Positions 9,847-19,309 of a stretch of 64,000 nt of DNA are shown piece by piece. This DNA comes from an uncultured Mycoplasmatota bacterium. Lineage in GTDB: Bacteria; Bacillota_I; Bacilli_A; RF39; UBA660. Location of the stretch: contig USGP01000005.1 in NCBI GenBank assembly GCA_900554315.1, positions 3,050-67,049 of the forward strand. The letters are read 5' to 3'. A program made the translations under genes and the position numbers. Each line of letters opens with the position of its first letter. Within the stretch, counting starts at the first letter, position 1. The notes below the pieces were generated by a model that worked only from the letters and a program-made list of their open reading frames with translations, was not told where the DNA came from and ran no database searches.

Positions 9847-10147
9847 GGCAGTGGAGGAAGTAATTTCTGTTATTCAAAAAAGTGATGATTATCAAAAGTG
9901 TCTTGAACTAAAAGAAAAGATGAAGCAAAATAAAGAATTGATGCAGTTAATAGAAAATATTAAAGAAGCTCAAAAAAGATATATTAAGAATGGTTCTCAG
10001 GATAAAAAAGAGATTCAAGTATTGGAAGAAAAATTATCTAATTATCCAATTTATGTTTTGTATCAACAGCATTTAGAAAAAATTAATTCTATGATTTCTT
10101 ATGTTCAGGATGATTTAAATGAATTTTTTACTCAATTATTAAATTAA
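9827..10147 (+). CDS. ricA: YmcA/YlbF-family regulatory protein (RicA-like)
   Basis: Helical YlbF/YmcA-like sequence in the conserved position after miaB, as in B. subtilis ymcB-ymcA. The start is uncertain: ATG 9827 or GTG 9851. Confidence 0.65.
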   Translation: MVKLLNKAVEEVISVIQKSDDYQKCLELKEKMKQNKELMQLIENIKEAQKRYIKNGSQDKKEIQVLEEKLSNYPIYVLYQQHLEKINSMISYVQDDLNEFFTQLLN

Positions 10148-10180
10148 AAAGCCTATGAATGAATTAGTTCATAGGCTTTT
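10146..10180. terminator. Bidirectional terminator between convergent genes
   Basis: gcctatgaa/ttcataggc stem flanked by an A-run and a T-run. Overlaps the last codons of the minus-strand gene. Confidence 0.7.
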
Positions 10181-10791
10181 AATTCTTCTAAAATACGTTC
10201 TTTTGTTTTTTCTATAAATTCTTTTATAAGATAGATATCAAATATGTAATTTTTATCTTGTTTTGAGTTTTCAATAATAATTCCCATTTTATCTATTAAG
10301 ATGTCTAATTTTTCACTTGGAATTTCTGTAATATCTGTTTTAGGAAGTTGAAAATCTTCATAAAATAAAGATAAATCCATGTCATATTCTTCTATTACTT
10401 TTACGTTTAAATTTGTATAGTCAGAATAAATTAAATCTGTTAGCTCTTCTGGGGTCGTTTTTATTATTGTTCCATCTATTAGTTTTATAGAATTACTTTG
10501 TGTTAGATTGGATATAAATTTATCAAACCATAATTTATCTGTAAATAAATGAATATAATATCCTAAATCAAAATCATTTTTATAAAAATTTGGATATTTA
10601 TCTGTAAACATTTTTATATTAGGAACATCTTCTTTTTCGTTATATAAGAAGTGTGATTCTTTTTTTGTTCTTCCTATTTGTTTTGCAATATCTGGAGCAA
10701 TAGAACCCAAATAGTAATCTTTTCTATTATTTATTTTTAGGTATGGTTCTAATACTTTTGCTACTGCTAAATGAATTACTGCTGATGCCAT
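10153..10791 (-). CDS. Hypothetical protein, possibly a zinc-dependent phospholipase C-like metal hydrolase
   Basis: The spacing of AVIHLAVA...GSIAPD...SHF...YYIHLFTD histidine/aspartate residues resembles that fold. The assignment is weak. Confidence 0.5.
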   Translation of the reverse strand: MASAVIHLAVAKVLEPYLKINNRKDYYLGSIAPDIAKQIGRTKKESHFLYNEKEDVPNIKMFTDKYPNFYKNDFDLGYYIHLFTDKLWFDKFISNLTQSNSIKLIDGTIIKTTPEELTDLIYSDYTNLNVKVIEEYDMDLSLFYEDFQLPKTDITEIPSEKLDILIDKMGIIIENSKQDKNYIFDIYLIKEFIEKTKERILEELKAYELIHS

Positions 10792-10881
10792 ATCTTACCT
10801 CCTGTTATAATTTTATAAAAAACCAAATAAATAGTCAAACATATCTTCTTATTTGCATACATTAATTTAGGAGGGGTAGAT

Positions 10882-11412
10882 ATGTCTAGTTATAAAGAAA
10901 TTGTTACCAAAGCTGTTATTGGTAAGGGTAAAAAATTATTTACTACGGAAAATACTATTAAAGTGAGTCATGCTCCATCTACTATTTTAGGATGTTGGGT
11001 TATTAATCATAATTTTCAGGGTGAAAAACAAGGAAATCAGGTTATTATATCTGGTAGTTATGATGTAAATATTTGGTATTCTTATGATGGAGATACAAAG
11101 ACTGATGTTGTTAAAGAGACAAATCGTTATCAAGAAGTTGTTCATATGAGAAATGTGGAGGATGAATCTTCTAATGATGATATTATTGTTCGTAGTTTGA
11201 AGCAACCTACTTGTACTGATATTTCTATTGATGGTGAAGAAATTCATTATACGATAGAAAAAGAGCTGGGTATTGAGTTGGTAGGAGATGTCAAAGTAAA
11301 GATTGATGTGTCTGAAGAAGAAGATCCATGGGATGAAATTGTAGATGAAGATGTTGATGAAGTAAATGATGAAGAATTAGATGATAATTTTATTCAAGAT
11401 GATACTATTTAG
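10882..11412 (+). CDS. cotE: Outer spore coat morphogenetic protein CotE
   Basis: YKEIVTKAVIGKGKK...STILGCWVINH...YDVNIWYSY..TKTDVV and the acidic C-terminal tail parallel B. subtilis CotE. Confidence 0.85.
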   Translation: MSSYKEIVTKAVIGKGKKLFTTENTIKVSHAPSTILGCWVINHNFQGEKQGNQVIISGSYDVNIWYSYDGDTKTDVVKETNRYQEVVHMRNVEDESSNDDIIVRSLKQPTCTDISIDGEEIHYTIEKELGIELVGDVKVKIDVSEEEDPWDEIVDEDVDEVNDEELDDNFIQDDTI

Positions 11413-11435
11413 CACTTTATAGTGCTATTTTTTTT
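11411..11435 (+). terminator. Rho-independent terminator
   Basis: agcact/agtgct stem followed by a T-run. Confidence 0.75.
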
Positions 11436-11512
11436 GACTCTACTAATAGTCGATTGCTTTTTTTTGTTTTTTCATTTATATTGTTGGTAAATATTAATGA
11501 GGAGTGTTGTGT

Positions 11513-11977
11513 ATGAAAAGTCGTAAAGCTATTTTTATTACTATTGCTTTGATATTGGGATTTTTGGCATTTGTCTTTTGGATTTTCTTTGCTGTTATTT
11601 CTTATCGTAGAGCAATTTATGGACTTGAAGGTATTGGTAAATTTTGTGGTAGGGATTCTTATGAATTATATGCTAAAAAAGATGGTGTAAAGTTTTATAC
11701 TGCTTGTTATGATAAGGTAAATGTAGTAGAAGAGAGGTTTATTTTTCATTATAGAAAAGATTTGAAAAAGTATATTCAAGATGGTTCTATTTATGGTATT
11801 TTACAAAAGGCTGATATTTATAAATGGAAATTTAATAACGGAATTCAAACGGATTATACATTTTCAGACTATGATGATATTTCTTTAACGGTTACTAAGT
11901 GTACCGTTGATGGAAAAGATACTTATTATGTTCATGGTAGTCCAAGTAATACTTTTTGTCAGTACTTCTATCAATAG
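11513..11977 (+). CDS. Hypothetical N-terminally anchored membrane protein
   Basis: One N-terminal TM helix and a four-Cys ectodomain. GAGGAG RBS. Confidence 0.6.
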   Translation: MKSRKAIFITIALILGFLAFVFWIFFAVISYRRAIYGLEGIGKFCGRDSYELYAKKDGVKFYTACYDKVNVVEERFIFHYRKDLKKYIQDGSIYGILQKADIYKWKFNNGIQTDYTFSDYDDISLTVTKCTVDGKDTYYVHGSPSNTFCQYFYQ

Positions 11978-12031
11978 TTTACTTCATTTCCTTTTTTTGT
12001 TATAATAACTGACATGTTTGGAGGCAAGTAT

Positions 12032-12862
12032 ATGAAGCCGTTAGAGAAAGATTTAAAGTTTGCTAGATATATATTAGATGATACTGAGGATTGTTTTGAT
12101 ACTTTGGATTCTGATCGTTTATATTTAAGAAGTAATGAACCGTTAGAATTTATTTTTTCTCAGTTTGATTTTTCTTCTAAAGATATTCTTTTGGTACTTG
12201 CTTCTTCTGATCAAGTGTTTTCCTTTTATCAAGATGGGGCAAACTCTGTAGATACTTTTGATATTCATCGGTTAACTGAATATTATTATTATCTTCGGTT
12301 ATGGTGTTTGAGAGAATATCAAAATTCTTTTCCTTATGAGTTTTCTAATAGTTCTTTAAAACAAGTATTATCTTTTACTTTTCCTGATTTTCCAGAAGGA
12401 GTGCAGGCTAAGAAGTTTTGGTCTACTTTATTAACGGAGTATCCTGGATTGATGAGGAGTTCTATGTTTTTTTCACCTATGTCTGCTTCTACTGCCCCTT
12501 TTGAAGGAAAGGAAGAATCGTTATTGGTAGATGTTCCAGATTATCCTTTGTCTTTTAGAGAACAGGACTTTTTTTCCTCTTTTGATTCTAATAGGCAGTA
12601 TGATGTTTGTTTTATGTCTAATGTTTTAGAGTATGCTAGAGGAAATGAGCATAAATTAATGATAGCTAGAGATAATTTAGATAGGGTTTTAAAGTCTGGT
12701 GGTATTGTGATAGTTACTAGATTTATGGATTTGAGTTCTCAGACTAAAGAAAAAGAAAGAAGAATATTTTCTTCTTCTTTTGAATATTATCCTGGTAGAA
12801 AGAGGTCTTGTGAAGGATTTTCTGAGGGATTAGATAGTTATTATGTTTATCGAAAGAAGTAA
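12032..12862 (+). CDS. Hypothetical protein, DUF3419/BtaA-like SAM-dependent transferase fold
   Basis: LVLASSDQVFS...VDTFDI and DVCFMSNVLEY...VLKSGGIVIV resemble class I methyltransferase-fold motifs. Paralog of 45406-46380. Confidence 0.55.
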   Translation: MKPLEKDLKFARYILDDTEDCFDTLDSDRLYLRSNEPLEFIFSQFDFSSKDILLVLASSDQVFSFYQDGANSVDTFDIHRLTEYYYYLRLWCLREYQNSFPYEFSNSSLKQVLSFTFPDFPEGVQAKKFWSTLLTEYPGLMRSSMFFSPMSASTAPFEGKEESLLVDVPDYPLSFREQDFFSSFDSNRQYDVCFMSNVLEYARGNEHKLMIARDNLDRVLKSGGIVIVTRFMDLSSQTKEKERRIFSSSFEYYPGRKRSCEGFSEGLDSYYVYRKK

Positions 12863-12913
12863 AATTTTACTTTTTTTTCGTTTGGTGATATAATCTGTGT
12901 CTCTAGGGGTGAT

Positions 12914-13300
12914 ATGATGGATACTGTAAAAAGATATGATAATTTACCTGATTTTATTGATGTTGCAGTTTTTGAAGTTGAACAGGCTTTTTCTTTGAAT
13001 GAAGTGTGTAGTGAAAGATTTAGAGAAGTATTTACGGATGTTGTGGTTAATGATATTTTATTTCATAGAAGTAATTATAGTGTAGATGGGGAAGATGTAT
13101 ATTCTGTTCGGGGTAATCCTAAATTTGTTAGTCTTAATATTTTAACTGCTTTTAACCGTGCTAACTTATCTCCTATTATGCATTCTGATGCTTCTATTGA
13201 TTTAGTTACGATTCCAATGAATGCGGATACGATTGCCCAGGCTTTGGTTTTAAAGTCAAAATCTATGATTCAGGAAGAATCTAAAAAGTTTATTAGATAG
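12914..13300 (+). CDS. Hypothetical protein
   Basis: ORF with an RBS-like GGGGTG upstream. No recognisable motif. Confidence 0.5.
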   Translation: MMDTVKRYDNLPDFIDVAVFEVEQAFSLNEVCSERFREVFTDVVVNDILFHRSNYSVDGEDVYSVRGNPKFVSLNILTAFNRANLSPIMHSDASIDLVTIPMNADTIAQALVLKSKSMIQEESKKFIR

Positions 13301-13317
13301 CTGTTATCAAAAAAAGG

Positions 13318-13346
13318 TTGACAGCGGTCTTTTTTTTTATTATACT
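13318..13346 (+). promoter_or_regulatory. Consensus sigma-A promoter of rpsP
   Basis: TTGACA, 17-nt spacer, TATACT. Confidence 0.7.
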
Positions 13347-13375
13347 ATATATGCATTAAGAAACGGAGGGATATT

Positions 13376-13651
13376 ATGGCAGTTAAACTTAGATTAACAA
13401 GAATGGGTGCTAAGAAGAAACCTACTTATAGAATTGTTGCTACTGACTCTAGACGTCCTAGAGATGGTCAATATATCGAATTAATTGGTACTTATGCACC
13501 TGTTGGTGAATGCAAAGTAAATATTAACGAAGAAGTAGCTTTAAAATGGTTAAATAATGGAGCTATTCCTACTGATACAGTTAAGAACTTATTTACTAAA
13601 GCTGGAATTATGAAAAAATATGCTGAATCTAAAGAAAAGAAGGATAAGTAA
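13376..13651 (+). CDS. rpsP: 30S ribosomal protein S16
   Basis: [26 protein letters not shown] is the canonical S16 N-terminus. Confidence 0.95.
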   Translation: MAVKLRLTRMGAKKKPTYRIVATDSRRPRDGQYIELIGTYAPVGECKVNINEEVALKWLNNGAIPTDTVKNLFTKAGIMKKYAESKEKKDK

Positions 13652-13653
13652 TT

Positions 13654-13902
13654 ATGGATTTAGTTCAGTTGACTGAGGAAATTGTTAAATCATTAGTGGT
13701 TGATCAAGATGCTGTTAGTGTAAAAGAATTTCCAACAGATGAAGATAATGTTATTTTAATACAAGTAATTGTTGCAGAAGATGACATGGGACGTGTTATT
13801 GGTAAGGGTGGAAGATGTGCGAATGCTATTCGTACTCTTGTACAAGCAAGCAGTGCTTTGAAAGATAACAAGTATGTTAAAATCGATATTGATAAATTTT
13901 AG
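13654..13902 (+). CDS. khpA: KH-domain RNA-binding protein (YlqC/KhpA)
   Basis: GRVIGKGGRCANAIRTLV KH motif. Conserved position after rpsP. Confidence 0.85.
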   Translation: MDLVQLTEEIVKSLVVDQDAVSVKEFPTDEDNVILIQVIVAEDDMGRVIGKGGRCANAIRTLVQASSALKDNKYVKIDIDKF

Positions 13903-13928
13903 AAAGCAATTTTGCTTTCTTTTTTTTT
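13901..13928 (+). terminator. Rho-independent terminator
   Basis: agaaagca/tgctttct stem followed by T8. Confidence 0.8.
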
Positions 13929-13962
13929 CGTCTTGTTATATAATAATTTTGAGGTAAAAGAT

Positions 13963-14679
13963 ATGGAAAAGAAAAATTTAATTATCCCTACTCATGTAGG
14001 AATTATTGTAGATGGTAATGGAAGATGGGCACAGGCTCGTGGACTTAGTAGAAGCGAAGGACATCGTGCTGGGTTTAACAGATTAAAAGAGATATGTATT
14101 TATGCTGGTGATTTGGGTGTTAAATATTTGTCTCTTTATGTATTTTCAACGGAAAACTTTAAGAGAGCAAAACCTGAAGTTGATTTTTTGATGAATTTAT
14201 TTGTAAAGATGTTCCATAAAGAATTTAAAGAGGTAATGGATCGCAATTTTAAGATTGTTTTTTCTGGTAGAAGGGATCCTTTGCCTAAGAAGGTTTTGGA
14301 TGAGATGGATCAAATTACGGAAGAGTCTAAAAATAACACTGGTACTGTTCTTAATTTCTGTCTTAATTATGGTGGACAGACAGAAATGCTTGATATGACG
14401 AAAAAGATTTGTCAGGAAGTTATAGATGGTAAATTAAATATTGAAGATATTTCTTTAGATACTTTACAACATCATTTATATCAAGATTTGCCGCCACTTG
14501 ATTTTGTAATACGTACTAGTGGAGAGCTACGACTTAGTAATTTTATGTTATATCAAGCTAGTTATGCAGAATTTTATTTTCCTAAAATATATTTCCCGGA
14601 TTTTACAGAGCATGATTTTGATGATGCAATCGTAGAATATAATAATAGAAATAGAAGATTTGGAGGTAATGCTTCATGA
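13963..14679 (+). CDS. uppS: Undecaprenyl-diphosphate synthase
   Basis: HVGIIVDGNGRWA, FSTENFKR and IRTSGELRLSNFMLYQ motifs. The ORF-track start lies in the terminator, so ATG 13963 was used. Confidence 0.92.
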   Translation: MEKKNLIIPTHVGIIVDGNGRWAQARGLSRSEGHRAGFNRLKEICIYAGDLGVKYLSLYVFSTENFKRAKPEVDFLMNLFVKMFHKEFKEVMDRNFKIVFSGRRDPLPKKVLDEMDQITEESKNNTGTVLNFCLNYGGQTEMLDMTKKICQEVIDGKLNIEDISLDTLQHHLYQDLPPLDFVIRTSGELRLSNFMLYQASYAEFYFPKIYFPDFTEHDFDDAIVEYNNRNRRFGGNAS

Positions 14680-15476
14680 AAAAAAGAGTATTAAGTGCAA
14701 TTGTTATGATTGCTATCTTTGTTCCAATATTACTTATTGGGGGAATGCCTTTTGCAATTTTTATGACACTACTTGCAACTTTAGGATTATATGAATTAAT
14801 TCATATTCGTGAAAGTAAGAAGGAATTTCCTTTCTTAATGAAAATATTGGCTTATGTTATGGTGGTGTTCTTTTCACTTTCTCATTTTGATTCCATAGAC
14901 TTTACGTATACTATGGATTATAGAGTGATGGCATTTATGATATTTGCCTTTTTATCACCAATGGTATTTTTACATGATTTTAAGAGGTATAATTTAAATG
15001 ATGCATTATTTTTAATTGGTTCTGTATTATTTATTGGGTTAAGTTTTAATTTACTTATTATTTGTCGTAATTATGATATTATGTATATTATTTACTTATT
15101 ACTTATTACTACTATTACAGATACCTTTGCATTATTTACAGGAATGCTTGTTGGTAAACATAAATTATGTCCTGTAGTTTCACCTAATAAGACGGTTGAA
15201 GGGTTACTTGGTGGTACATTTATAGGTACTTTTGTTGCCACTGCTTTTTATACTACTGTTATTGATCCTTCTATGTCTTTACCATTTGTGATTGTTATTA
15301 CAATTATTTTGTCTTTATTAGGACAACTTGGTGATTTGATATTTTCTTCTATTAAAAGATATTATGATAAAAAAGATTTCTCTAATTTAATTCCAGAACA
15401 CGGCGGAATTTTAGATAGATTTGATAGTTTAATATTTGTTGTTTTAGCATTTATTATATTTTCTAGTGTAATGTAA
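14676..15476 (+). CDS. cdsA: Phosphatidate cytidylyltransferase
   Basis: Polytopic protein. SPNKTVEG and GHGGILDRFDS signature. Confidence 0.9.
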   Translation: MKKRVLSAIVMIAIFVPILLIGGMPFAIFMTLLATLGLYELIHIRESKKEFPFLMKILAYVMVVFFSLSHFDSIDFTYTMDYRVMAFMIFAFLSPMVFLHDFKRYNLNDALFLIGSVLFIGLSFNLLIICRNYDIMYIIYLLLITTITDTFALFTGMLVGKHKLCPVVSPNKTVEGLLGGTFIGTFVATAFYTTVIDPSMSLPFVIVITIILSLLGQLGDLIFSSIKRYYDKKDFSNLIPEHGGILDRFDSLIFVVLAFIIFSSVM

Positions 15477-15487
15477 GGAGGCAGCTA

Positions 15488-16540
15488 ATGAATTTTTTAA
15501 TTACTTTATTATTATTTATTGTAATATTAGGTAGTATTGTATTTGTTCATGAGTTTGGTCATTTTATGTTGGCTAAACTTACTGGAGTTTATGTTTATGA
15601 ATTTGCTATTGGTATGGGGCCTAAAATATGGAGTAAAAAAGGTAAGGAAACAGAATATACCTTAAGAGCTATTCCTATTGGTGGTTTCTGTATGATGGCA
15701 GGAGAAGATGTTGAAGATGATGATTTAAAGAAAGTTCCTAAATCTAAGCGATTACAATCTAAAAAGCCTTGGCAAAGATTTTTGATTATGTTTTTTGGAG
15801 CTGGAAATAATTTTATATTTGCTATTTTACTTCTTTTCTTAATAGGTCTTATCTGGGGTGGACCTTCTATGGAACCCGTTGTTACTTCTGTTCTTAAAAA
15901 TTCCGCAGCAGCCACTGCAGGAATTGAGAAGGGAGACCGCATATTAGAAATTAATGGACATTCTATTTCTACAACAGATGATATTAGTTTATACTTAGCA
16001 GTAGCTGATCCAGAAGAGGCTAGTGATATTAAAGTTGAAAAAGATAATGATAAAATAAAAACTTATTCTGTTCAACCTAAAAAGAAAAAAGTTGATGGAC
16101 AAACCACTTATCAATATGGTATTGGAATGGAACAAGAAGTAGAAAAAGGACTTTTTGCAGCAATTGAATTTACTGGTAAAAAGACTGTTTCTATTTTCAA
16201 ACAAATGGGAGTTACCATTGCTTACTTATTTACAGGAGGTATTAGTATTTCTCAGTTGAGTGGTCCTGTTGGGATATTCTCTATTGTTGGAGATCAAAGT
16301 TCTGGTGGGGTTATGAATATTATTTATTTAATTGCTTTTTTAAGTATTAATGTTGGTTTTATTAATTTACTTCCATTACCTGCTTTTGATGGAGGACATA
16401 TTTTGTTTATTATCATTGAGAAAATTAAAGGTTCTCCAGTTAAGCCAGAAACAGAGAATATGATTCATACAATAGGTTTATTTTTATTAATGATCTTAAT
16501 GGTTGTGATTACATTTAATGATATCTTAAGATTATTTTAA
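15488..16540 (+). CDS. rseP: RIP (site-2) zinc metalloprotease
   Basis: HEFGH motif, PDZ segment, and NLLPLPAFDGGH motif. Confidence 0.9.
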   Translation: MNFLITLLLFIVILGSIVFVHEFGHFMLAKLTGVYVYEFAIGMGPKIWSKKGKETEYTLRAIPIGGFCMMAGEDVEDDDLKKVPKSKRLQSKKPWQRFLIMFFGAGNNFIFAILLLFLIGLIWGGPSMEPVVTSVLKNSAAATAGIEKGDRILEINGHSISTTDDISLYLAVADPEEASDIKVEKDNDKIKTYSVQPKKKKVDGQTTYQYGIGMEQEVEKGLFAAIEFTGKKTVSIFKQMGVTIAYLFTGGISISQLSGPVGIFSIVGDQSSGGVMNIIYLIAFLSINVGFINLLPLPAFDGGHILFIIIEKIKGSPVKPETENMIHTIGLFLLMILMVVITFNDILRLF

Positions 16541-16548
16541 TTCAGAAG

Positions 16549-16746
16549 GTGATTGTTTTGAATCCAATTATTTTTCTTATCATATTATTGGTTGTATCTT
16601 TTGTAGTATTCTTTATTTGCTTTTCAAGCGAAAAGAAAGTATTGAAAGATAGTCAAAAAGATAAACCTAAATTAGTGGATGATGTTGGTGTTTTATTTGA
16701 AGAACAAGACAATAAAAAAGATGAGGATGATGTAGAAATTATTTAA
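16549..16746 (+). CDS. Small membrane protein, hypothetical
   Basis: One TM helix followed by a K/D/E-rich tail. The start may instead be TTG 16558. Confidence 0.5.
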   Translation: MIVLNPIIFLIILLVVSFVVFFICFSSEKKVLKDSQKDKPKLVDDVGVLFEEQDNKKDEDDVEII

Positions 16747-16767
16747 GTCACATTAGTGACTTTTTTT
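16745..16767 (+). terminator. Rho-independent terminator
   Basis: aagtcac/gtgactt stem followed by a T-run. Confidence 0.8.
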
Positions 16768-16855
16768 AATGTATGAATAGATAAATATTCCTTTTTTATA
16801 CATATCAAATGTTTTTTTATCCTTTGTGTTATAATATAAATAGAGGAGGTATTCC

Positions 16856-19018
16856 ATGGTAGTTGGTGTTTTAGTACAACTTTCTAGTCAAAATGTAGAT
16901 AAGATTTTTGATTATGCTGTTCCAGATGAATTGTCTTCTTCTATTCAAGAAGGAATTCGTGTACTTGTTCCATTTGGAAAGCAGACATTAGAGGGATTTG
17001 TTTTGGAAATAAAAGATTCTAGTGATATAGAATTAAAAGAAATTATTTCTGTTGTTGATCAAGATATCGTTTTAAATGATGAGTTGTTGCTGTTGGGAAA
17101 AGAAATGCAAAAAGATACATTATCTACTTTGATTAGTACTTATCAGGTTATGTTGCCTAAGGCTTTAAAGGCAAAGGCAGGTAGTTTTGTATCTAAAAAG
17201 TATCATATTTTTTATCAATTGTGTGATTCTACTTATGTAGGAACTTCTCTTCCTCAAAGAAAGATTTTAGAACTGTTTTCTAGTCAAGATACTATTCCAA
17301 GAGAAGAGTTATTATCTATTTCTAGTTCGGCTTTGTCTACTTTGGTGGATAAAAATGTTTTAGTTCCTATTAAAAAAGAAGATTATCGTTTAAAGTATGA
17401 AGTTTTAGAAGATCATAAAAAAGTGTTAACTTCTGCTCAACAGAGTGTTGTAGATGCTGTTATACATGATGAAAAACATCTTCCTTTTTTGTTGTTTGGT
17501 GTTACTGGAAGTGGAAAAACAGAAGTTTATATGCATATTATTGAACATGTATTACAACAAGGAAAAACAGCGATTATTTTGGTGCCGGAAATTAGTTTGA
17601 CTCCACAGATGGTGGAGCAATTTACAAATCGATTTGGAAATCAGATTGCTGCACTTCATTCTGCTTTGTCCGAAGGAGAAAAGTATGATGAATGGAGAAG
17701 AATTGCTAGAGGAGAAGCTAATATTGTGATTGGTGCTCGAAGTGCTATTTTTGCTCCTTTAAAAAATATTGGAGTCATTATTATGGATGAAGAACATAGC
17801 GATTCTTATAAGCAAGGAGATAAGAATCCAAGATATCATGCTAGAGATGTGGCTATTTGGAGAGGAAAGTATCATGCTTGTCCGGTGTTACTGGGAAGTG
17901 CTACTCCATCTTTAGAGTCTATGGCTAGAGCTCAAAAAGGAGTATATCAATTATTAACATTGAAAGAGAGAGTTAATGGTAAAAGTCTACCGAGTGTAGA
18001 AATCATTGATATGAATAGGGAATCTAAACAAAGTAGTTCTCATATTACACAAACATTGTTGATGGAGATTTGTCACTGTATAGAAAAAGAAGAACAAGCT
18101 ATCTTATTTTTAAATCGTAGGGGATTTTCTACTTTTGTAACTTGTAAAAACTGTGCTGAGACAATAAAATGTCCAAATTGTGATATTACATTAACATATC
18201 ATAAGAGTAATCGAATGCTTAGATGTCACTATTGTGGTTATGCTACGCCACTTCCTAAAAAGTGTCCTAATTGTGGAGAAGATGCTTTATCTGATTTGGG
18301 AGTTGGAACTGAAAAAATAGAAGAAGAGTTACATCATTTATTGCCTTCTGCTAGGGTATTAAGAATGGATGTAGATACGACTAGTAGAAAAGGGGCTCAT
18401 AAGAAAATGATTGAAGCTTTTCGAAACCATGAATATGATATTTTACTTGGAACTCAGATTGTTGCTAAAGGATTGGATTTTGAAAATGTTACTTTAGTTG
18501 GTGTTATTAATGCTGATACAAGTTTAAATATCCCTGACTTTAGAAGTAGTGAAAATACATTTTCTCTTTTATCTCAGGTTGCTGGTAGAAGTGGAAGAAG
18601 TGCTAAAGCTGGAAAAGTATATATACAAACTTTTAATCCTGATCATTATGCCATTTCTTATGTAAAACATCATGATTATTTAGGCTTTTATAAAGAAGAA
18701 ATGCAAATACGTAGAAAATTAGGTTACCCACCTTTTTATTATTTATGTTATTTAAAAATTAGTGGTAAAGATATGAATTATATTTTTCAAGAAGCAGTTA
18801 AGATAAAAAGATCTTTAGAAAGAAATTTAGTACATACTACTATTCTTGGACCTACTTCTTTAGCAATATTTAAAGTAAATAATATTTTTCGTTATGGGAT
18901 TATTTTAAAATATAAAAAAGAAGAATCTTTGCGTGTCGTTTTATCTAAAATTCAAAATCATTATAAAACCAATACAAAAATTCGTGTAGATATTGACTTT
19001 AATCCTAGTCATTTTTAA
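16856..19018 (+). CDS. priA: Primosomal replication-restart helicase PriA
   Basis: Walker A GVTGSGKTE, DEEH box, and Cys-rich zinc-binding insert CKNC..CPNC..CHYC..CPNC. Confidence 0.93.
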   Translation: MVVGVLVQLSSQNVDKIFDYAVPDELSSSIQEGIRVLVPFGKQTLEGFVLEIKDSSDIELKEIISVVDQDIVLNDELLLLGKEMQKDTLSTLISTYQVMLPKALKAKAGSFVSKKYHIFYQLCDSTYVGTSLPQRKILELFSSQDTIPREELLSISSSALSTLVDKNVLVPIKKEDYRLKYEVLEDHKKVLTSAQQSVVDAVIHDEKHLPFLLFGVTGSGKTEVYMHIIEHVLQQGKTAIILVPEISLTPQMVEQFTNRFGNQIAALHSALSEGEKYDEWRRIARGEANIVIGARSAIFAPLKNIGVIIMDEEHSDSYKQGDKNPRYHARDVAIWRGKYHACPVLLGSATPSLESMARAQKGVYQLLTLKERVNGKSLPSVEIIDMNRESKQSSSHITQTLLMEICHCIEKEEQAILFLNRRGFSTFVTCKNCAETIKCPNCDITLTYHKSNRMLRCHYCGYATPLPKKCPNCGEDALSDLGVGTEKIEEELHHLLPSARVLRMDVDTTSRKGAHKKMIEAFRNHEYDILLGTQIVAKGLDFENVTLVGVINADTSLNIPDFRSSENTFSLLSQVAGRSGRSAKAGKVYIQTFNPDHYAISYVKHHDYLGFYKEEMQIRRKLGYPPFYYLCYLKISGKDMNYIFQEAVKIKRSLERNLVHTTILGPTSLAIFKVNNIFRYGIILKYKKEESLRVVLSKIQNHYKTNTKIRVDIDFNPSHF

Positions 19019-19061
19019 TAAAATATGTTATTCTTATGTTAATGATAGGAGTGATATTCAT

Positions 19062-19295
19062 ATGGCAGAAAATCGTTTTATTCAATCTAATGATATGGAA
19101 TCTAATAATTCTGTAAATAATGTTAATCAAAAAAATAGTCAAGAATATCAAAATTTGATGGAACATAGTAAAAAGAATTATGATAATTATTGGGATAGTA
19201 ATAGTCCTATTGTTCGTATTGTTTTGATTGTTTTATTTCTTATTATTGTGATTGGATCTGCTTATTTCTTTATTACGTGGTTCCGTCAGTCGTAG
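19062..19295 (+). CDS. Small tail-anchored membrane protein, hypothetical
   Basis: N/Q-rich N-terminus with a single C-terminal TM helix. TAGGAGTG RBS. Confidence 0.5.
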   Translation: MAENRFIQSNDMESNNSVNNVNQKNSQEYQNLMEHSKKNYDNYWDSNSPIVRIVLIVLFLIIVIGSAYFFITWFRQS

Positions 19296-19309
19296 GGGTG
19301 GTGATATAG

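Noticed and set aside
13912-13962. ORF-track N-terminal extensions. Examples: uppS from 13912, small ORF from 5921, ldh from 534, miaB from 8407, ankyrin gene from 7573, ABC exporter from 43110, thrS neighbour from 61761.
   Set aside because: The extensions run through terminator hairpins or promoters, encode implausible leader sequences, and skip an internal ATG or GTG with a proper Shine-Dalgarno. The internal starts were used.
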